NCBI GenBank assembly: GCA_029263215.1
Contig: JAJCXY010000093.1
Coordinates: 2,159 to 66,158, forward strand
Direction: 5' to 3'
DNA from: Acidimicrobiales bacterium
GTDB taxonomy: Bacteria > Actinomycetota > Acidimicrobiia > Acidimicrobiales > Aldehydirespiratoraceae
Length of the DNA: 64,000 bases
In this document: one piece after another, positions 61,429-64,000 of the stretch
How positions within the stretch are numbered: position 1 is the stretch's first letter
Layout of the letters: every line of letters starts with the position of its first letter
The notes under the pieces: model-generated
The model's input: only the letters and a program-made list of their open reading frames with translations
Told to the model about the DNA's origin: nothing
Databases searched by the model: none
Made by a program: the position numbers and the translations under genes

Positions 61429-62589
61429 ATGGATCGCCTCACTAACCCTTACCGTCCGGGCGCAGGCACGCCTCCGCCCGCGCTGATCGGTCGTGATGAA
61501 CTCATCGACGACTTCGGAGTTGCGCTTCGTCGCGCGCTCGCGGGGCGCCCTGGGAAGAGCTACATGGCGATCGGGCTTCGCGGCGTAGGCAAGACCGTCC
61601 TCTTGAATCGCTTTGTCGATATTGCCAGCGATGAAGGAGTCAAGGTCGCCTTCATCGAGGCACCCCAGACCGGCAACTTCACACAGCAGCTCGCCGTGCG
61701 ACTGCGAAGGACGCTGCTTGAGATGAGCCGCGGGCCGGTTCGGGCAGTCGTCAACAAGGCGCTCGGAGTGCTTCGCTCGTTCACGCTCCAACTACCCGAT
61801 GGAACCAACATTCAGCTCGGGGTCGAGGCGCTCGCCGGACAGGCAGACTCGGGCATCCTTTCCGAGGACCTCACAGATGTCCTCGTCGCAGTCGGTGAGG
61901 CCGCGGCGGAGCTTGGCACCGGACTGCTCTTCGCCATCGATGAGGTCCAGTACCTCAGCGGCGACGAGTTCGGCGCAGTAATCACCGCAATTCATCGCAC
62001 CACCCAGCTTGATCTCCCCGTTGTGCTCGTGGGAGCCGGCCTTCCTCAACTACCCGGCATCGCTGGCGAGGCCAAGTCGTATGCGGAACGACTGTTTGAG
62101 TTCCCGCGCATCGACTCGCTGACCGCCGAACAAGCCGCAGACGCTGTTCGGCTGCCGGCTGAGGAGCTGGGCGTGACATTCGATGACGATGCACTCGAAG
62201 AAATCGTCCAAGCCTCAAAGGGATACCCCTACTTCCTCCAGGAATGGGGCTACCACGTCTGGAACGCGTCACCCGACAGTCCGATCACTCGCGACGATGT
62301 GCTGTCCGTTGCGGGAGAGGTCATCGCAACACTCGACGAGAACTTCTTCCTCGTCAGAGTCGACCGCCTCACGCCGAAGGAGAAGGACTACCTCCGCGCC
62401 ATGGCAGAACTAGGCCCGGGACCGCATCGATCAGGCGACATTGCGACCGAGCTCGGCGTCAAGGTCGAGTCCGTCGGACCTCGACGATCGGGCCTAATCG
62501 CCAAGGGAATGATCTACAGCCCCGCCCACGGCGATACCGCATTCACGGTGCCTCTGTTCGACGAGTTTCTCCGACGCACTCTGGCCTGA
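61429..62589 (+). CDS. P-loop ATPase of the archaeal-ATPase/ORC-like (STAND-like) type with a C-terminal winged helix
   Basis: NPYRPGAGTPPPALIGRDELIDDF...MAIGLRGVGKTVLLNRF carries the Walker A. LLFAIDEVQYL is the Walker B. The C-terminal wHTH-like segment is KDYLRAMAELGPGPHRSGDIATELGVKVESVGPRRSGLIAKGMIY. Confidence 0.75.
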   Translation: MDRLTNPYRPGAGTPPPALIGRDELIDDFGVALRRALAGRPGKSYMAIGLRGVGKTVLLNRFVDIASDEGVKVAFIEAPQTGNFTQQLAVRLRRTLLEMSRGPVRAVVNKALGVLRSFTLQLPDGTNIQLGVEALAGQADSGILSEDLTDVLVAVGEAAAELGTGLLFAIDEVQYLSGDEFGAVITAIHRTTQLDLPVVLVGAGLPQLPGIAGEAKSYAERLFEFPRIDSLTAEQAADAVRLPAEELGVTFDDDALEEIVQASKGYPYFLQEWGYHVWNASPDSPITRDDVLSVAGEVIATLDENFFLVRVDRLTPKEKDYLRAMAELGPGPHRSGDIATELGVKVESVGPRRSGLIAKGMIYSPAHGDTAFTVPLFDEFLRRTLA

Positions 62590-62660
62590 GAGCCCTACTG
62601 CCGCCCCGGTGTGCTCGCCCCGCGCCTCGCAACTCTTGCAGGACAGCGAGCCGACACCAG

Positions 62661-62685
62661 ACTCGTTCTTCTCCTCAGAACGAGT
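62661..62685 (+). terminator. 9-bp perfect hairpin about 70 nt downstream of the ATPase gene
   Basis: The arms are actcgttct and agaacgagt with the loop tctcctc. No U-tract is present. Confidence 0.3.
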
Positions 62686-62905
62686 CACGCGGAGGCTGAC
62701 CGCAGCCATGCCATATGGCGGAGCACTGGCACGCGAGGATCGCCATGGACAGGTGGTCTCGCTCCTCGAGTCGTCCGTCAAGGAGTCCCATTAGCTCCCA
62801 ACCCCACAGGGGCCGCTCCGACTGTCGGCACAGATACCGATCTCGCCACGTACGGCCAGCCAATACTGGGGTTCTTTGCGACCTTGCTGGGGCGATTGGG
62901 GTTTC

Positions 62906-63487
62906 CTAGCCGACGACGCGCAGCCAGTCCTCGATTCGCAATTCCATTCTCGCTACGTCGACATCGCTCACGCTTCCAGTGTGGGCGAGCGCACGGCGTG
63001 TCACGTTTAGCTCGTTGAAGTAATAAGTGACCCAATCAGCATCGCCTAGCAGGACTTCAAACAGCTCCCACTGGTCCGCAATGATCTCTGCGTACTGCGG
63101 GAAGTCGACGTAGTTGATTGGGCTCTCCCCCCGCGGGCTGTGCCATCGCGCCTTGAGGTCGGCTGCTTTGCGCTTCGCGACCTGCTTCTGGATGGCTGGA
63201 GGGATGCCGTCCTGCCACCACTTCTCAGGACCGAAGTGGTCGCGGAGGGTTCCCTCCACGAGTTCCCGTACCGAGTTCTCGAAGAAGTACAAGAGTTCAT
63301 ACGCCTGGCCCATTCGTCGGGCCCTGACCTGATCGTCGGGACTGAAGCTAGAAGCGAAGTGCGAATCGCGACGTGAGGTCGTGGCTGGCGAGGCCGGCAA
63401 CAACCCCTCTTCATGCAGCTCCTCCAGCCGAGAATTCGCGAGCACCGATCTGAACATGAAAGCTTGGAGTTCGCGATTCACGGCCAT
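62906..63487 (-). CDS. Swt1-like HEPN domain protein
   Basis: The pattern YFFENSVRELVEGTLRDHFGPEKWWQDGIPPAIQ...INYVDFPQYAEII...FNELNVTRRALAHTG includes the Rx4H motif RRALAH, as in Swt1-type HEPN domains. The start ATG overlaps the upstream stop (ATGA at 63485-63489). Confidence 0.7.
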   Translation of the reverse strand: MAVNRELQAFMFRSVLANSRLEELHEEGLLPASPATTSRRDSHFASSFSPDDQVRARRMGQAYELLYFFENSVRELVEGTLRDHFGPEKWWQDGIPPAIQKQVAKRKAADLKARWHSPRGESPINYVDFPQYAEIIADQWELFEVLLGDADWVTYYFNELNVTRRALAHTGSVSDVDVARMELRIEDWLRVVG

Positions 63488-64000
63488 CAGAGAAGGGTGT
63501 CCTTGAGGCTCTGGAAGATGGCGTTGTAGACGCCGATGTCAGTTGTCGCTGGTAGGTGGACGTGGACGTCGTGCTTGAGACTCAAAACCGCGCCATCCAG
63601 CTGAGCAATCGGCGGCGCGATGCGAGCGCCTTGTGGCTGCGGGTCGGCCTCCTCTCGAGGAGGAACCTCAGGCTCCTCTTCTGTTGGCTGCGCCATCACA
63701 ATTGCGCTGAAGTCAGCAACCTCGCTCAGGACCTTGAAGGTGGCCGCCATCTTTTGTGTAACGGCGTCCCCTTTGCCGGTGATCCGAGCGAACGCGCCCT
63801 TCAACTCCGTGCTCGACTGCTCGTACGCCTGCTGATCGATTGCGAATAGATCCTCGTACGCGTCCCGCATCGCCTCGGCCATCACCGCTGGCGAGGCCGC
63901 TGGGTCGCGAAACCGCCGATAGCGATCTGTTGGCTCGCCTGAGTCGCTCAGGAAGCCAAGTGCCTTCAGAACGCCGAGTGTCGGCCGGTCACCCGAACTG
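63487..64000 (-). CDS. DUF5343-like protein (5' end beyond the right edge)
   Basis: The frame stays open to the window edge: ..GDRPTLGVLKALGFLSDSGEPTDRYRRFRDPAASPAVMAEAMRDAYEDLF... The LKxLGF..dsG.PT.rY..fR block matches my recollection of DUF5343. The listed ORF 63487..63885 merely starts at an internal GTG. Confidence 0.5.
   Translation of the reverse strand, partial: SSGDRPTLGVLKALGFLSDSGEPTDRYRRFRDPAASPAVMAEAMRDAYEDLFAIDQQAYEQSSTELKGAFARITGKGDAVTQKMAATFKVLSEVADFSAIVMAQPTEEEPEVPPREEADPQPQGARIAPPIAQLDGAVLSLKHDVHVHLPATTDIGVYNAIFQSLKDTLL

Larger units (their letters stand above)
54815..64000. mobile_element. putative integrated or accessory island (integrase plus orphan, defence-type cargo); boundaries unresolved and the right end lies outside the window
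   Basis: - An integrase is present.
- Three copies of the paralogous coiled-coil gene lie here, one of them decayed.
- An orphan giant gene is present.
- The HEPN pair is present.
- An AT-rich promoter is present.
- GC is visibly lower at 61.3-64 kb (about 58% in a 120-nt hand count versus about 64% in a core gene).
- No att site or tRNA was identified. Confidence 0.3.

Overview
High-GC (roughly 63-66% by eye) actinobacterial-type chromosomal segment, densely coding on both strands. I can support about 50 protein-coding genes, 4 gene remnants and a few repeats and hairpins. I found no rRNA, tRNA or CRISPR array. Many long ORFs in the track are antisense or out-of-frame shadows typical of high-GC DNA. 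The track renders GTG/TTG starts as M, and several real genes start well inside the listed ORF (ileS, NAD-GDH, AIM24-like and others).

Positions 1-50 kb look like ordinary chromosome. They carry ileS, a 1607-aa NAD-glutamate dehydrogenase, a 1554-aa pyruvate:ferredoxin oxidoreductase-type enzyme, an ABC-F protein, a fused two-half ABC exporter and an ECF sigma factor. They also carry MarR, ArsR-rhodanese and Lrp regulators, a GGDEF protein, two MFS transporters, and many secreted lipoproteins or HExxH/M23 peptidases.

Positions 50.6-64 kb look mosaic and possibly mobile:
- A 2.5-kb segment carrying an S1 protease with an SLH domain is bracketed by diverged copies of the 5' end of a polA-like gene.
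- A tyrosine integrase follows.
- A 1129-aa orphan membrane protein with three CxxC...Cx4C modules is bracketed by direct copies of a tail-anchored coiled-coil gene.
- An orphan STAND-like ATPase sits behind an AT-rich promoter.
- A translationally coupled pair (DUF5343-like plus Swt1-type HEPN) runs off the right edge.

The coiled-coil gene belongs to a five-member paralog family scattered through the window at 34.5, 43.3, 55.8, 60.3 and 60.8 kb; two copies are decayed.

Other notable items are a SARP-STAND-TM-BMP one-component regulator and a three-gene operon (35.5-38.8 kb) encoding a surface-anchored protein, a W-x-DG repeat protein and a GCS2/amidoligase-like enzyme. All functional calls rest on motif recognition by eye, since no database search was possible.
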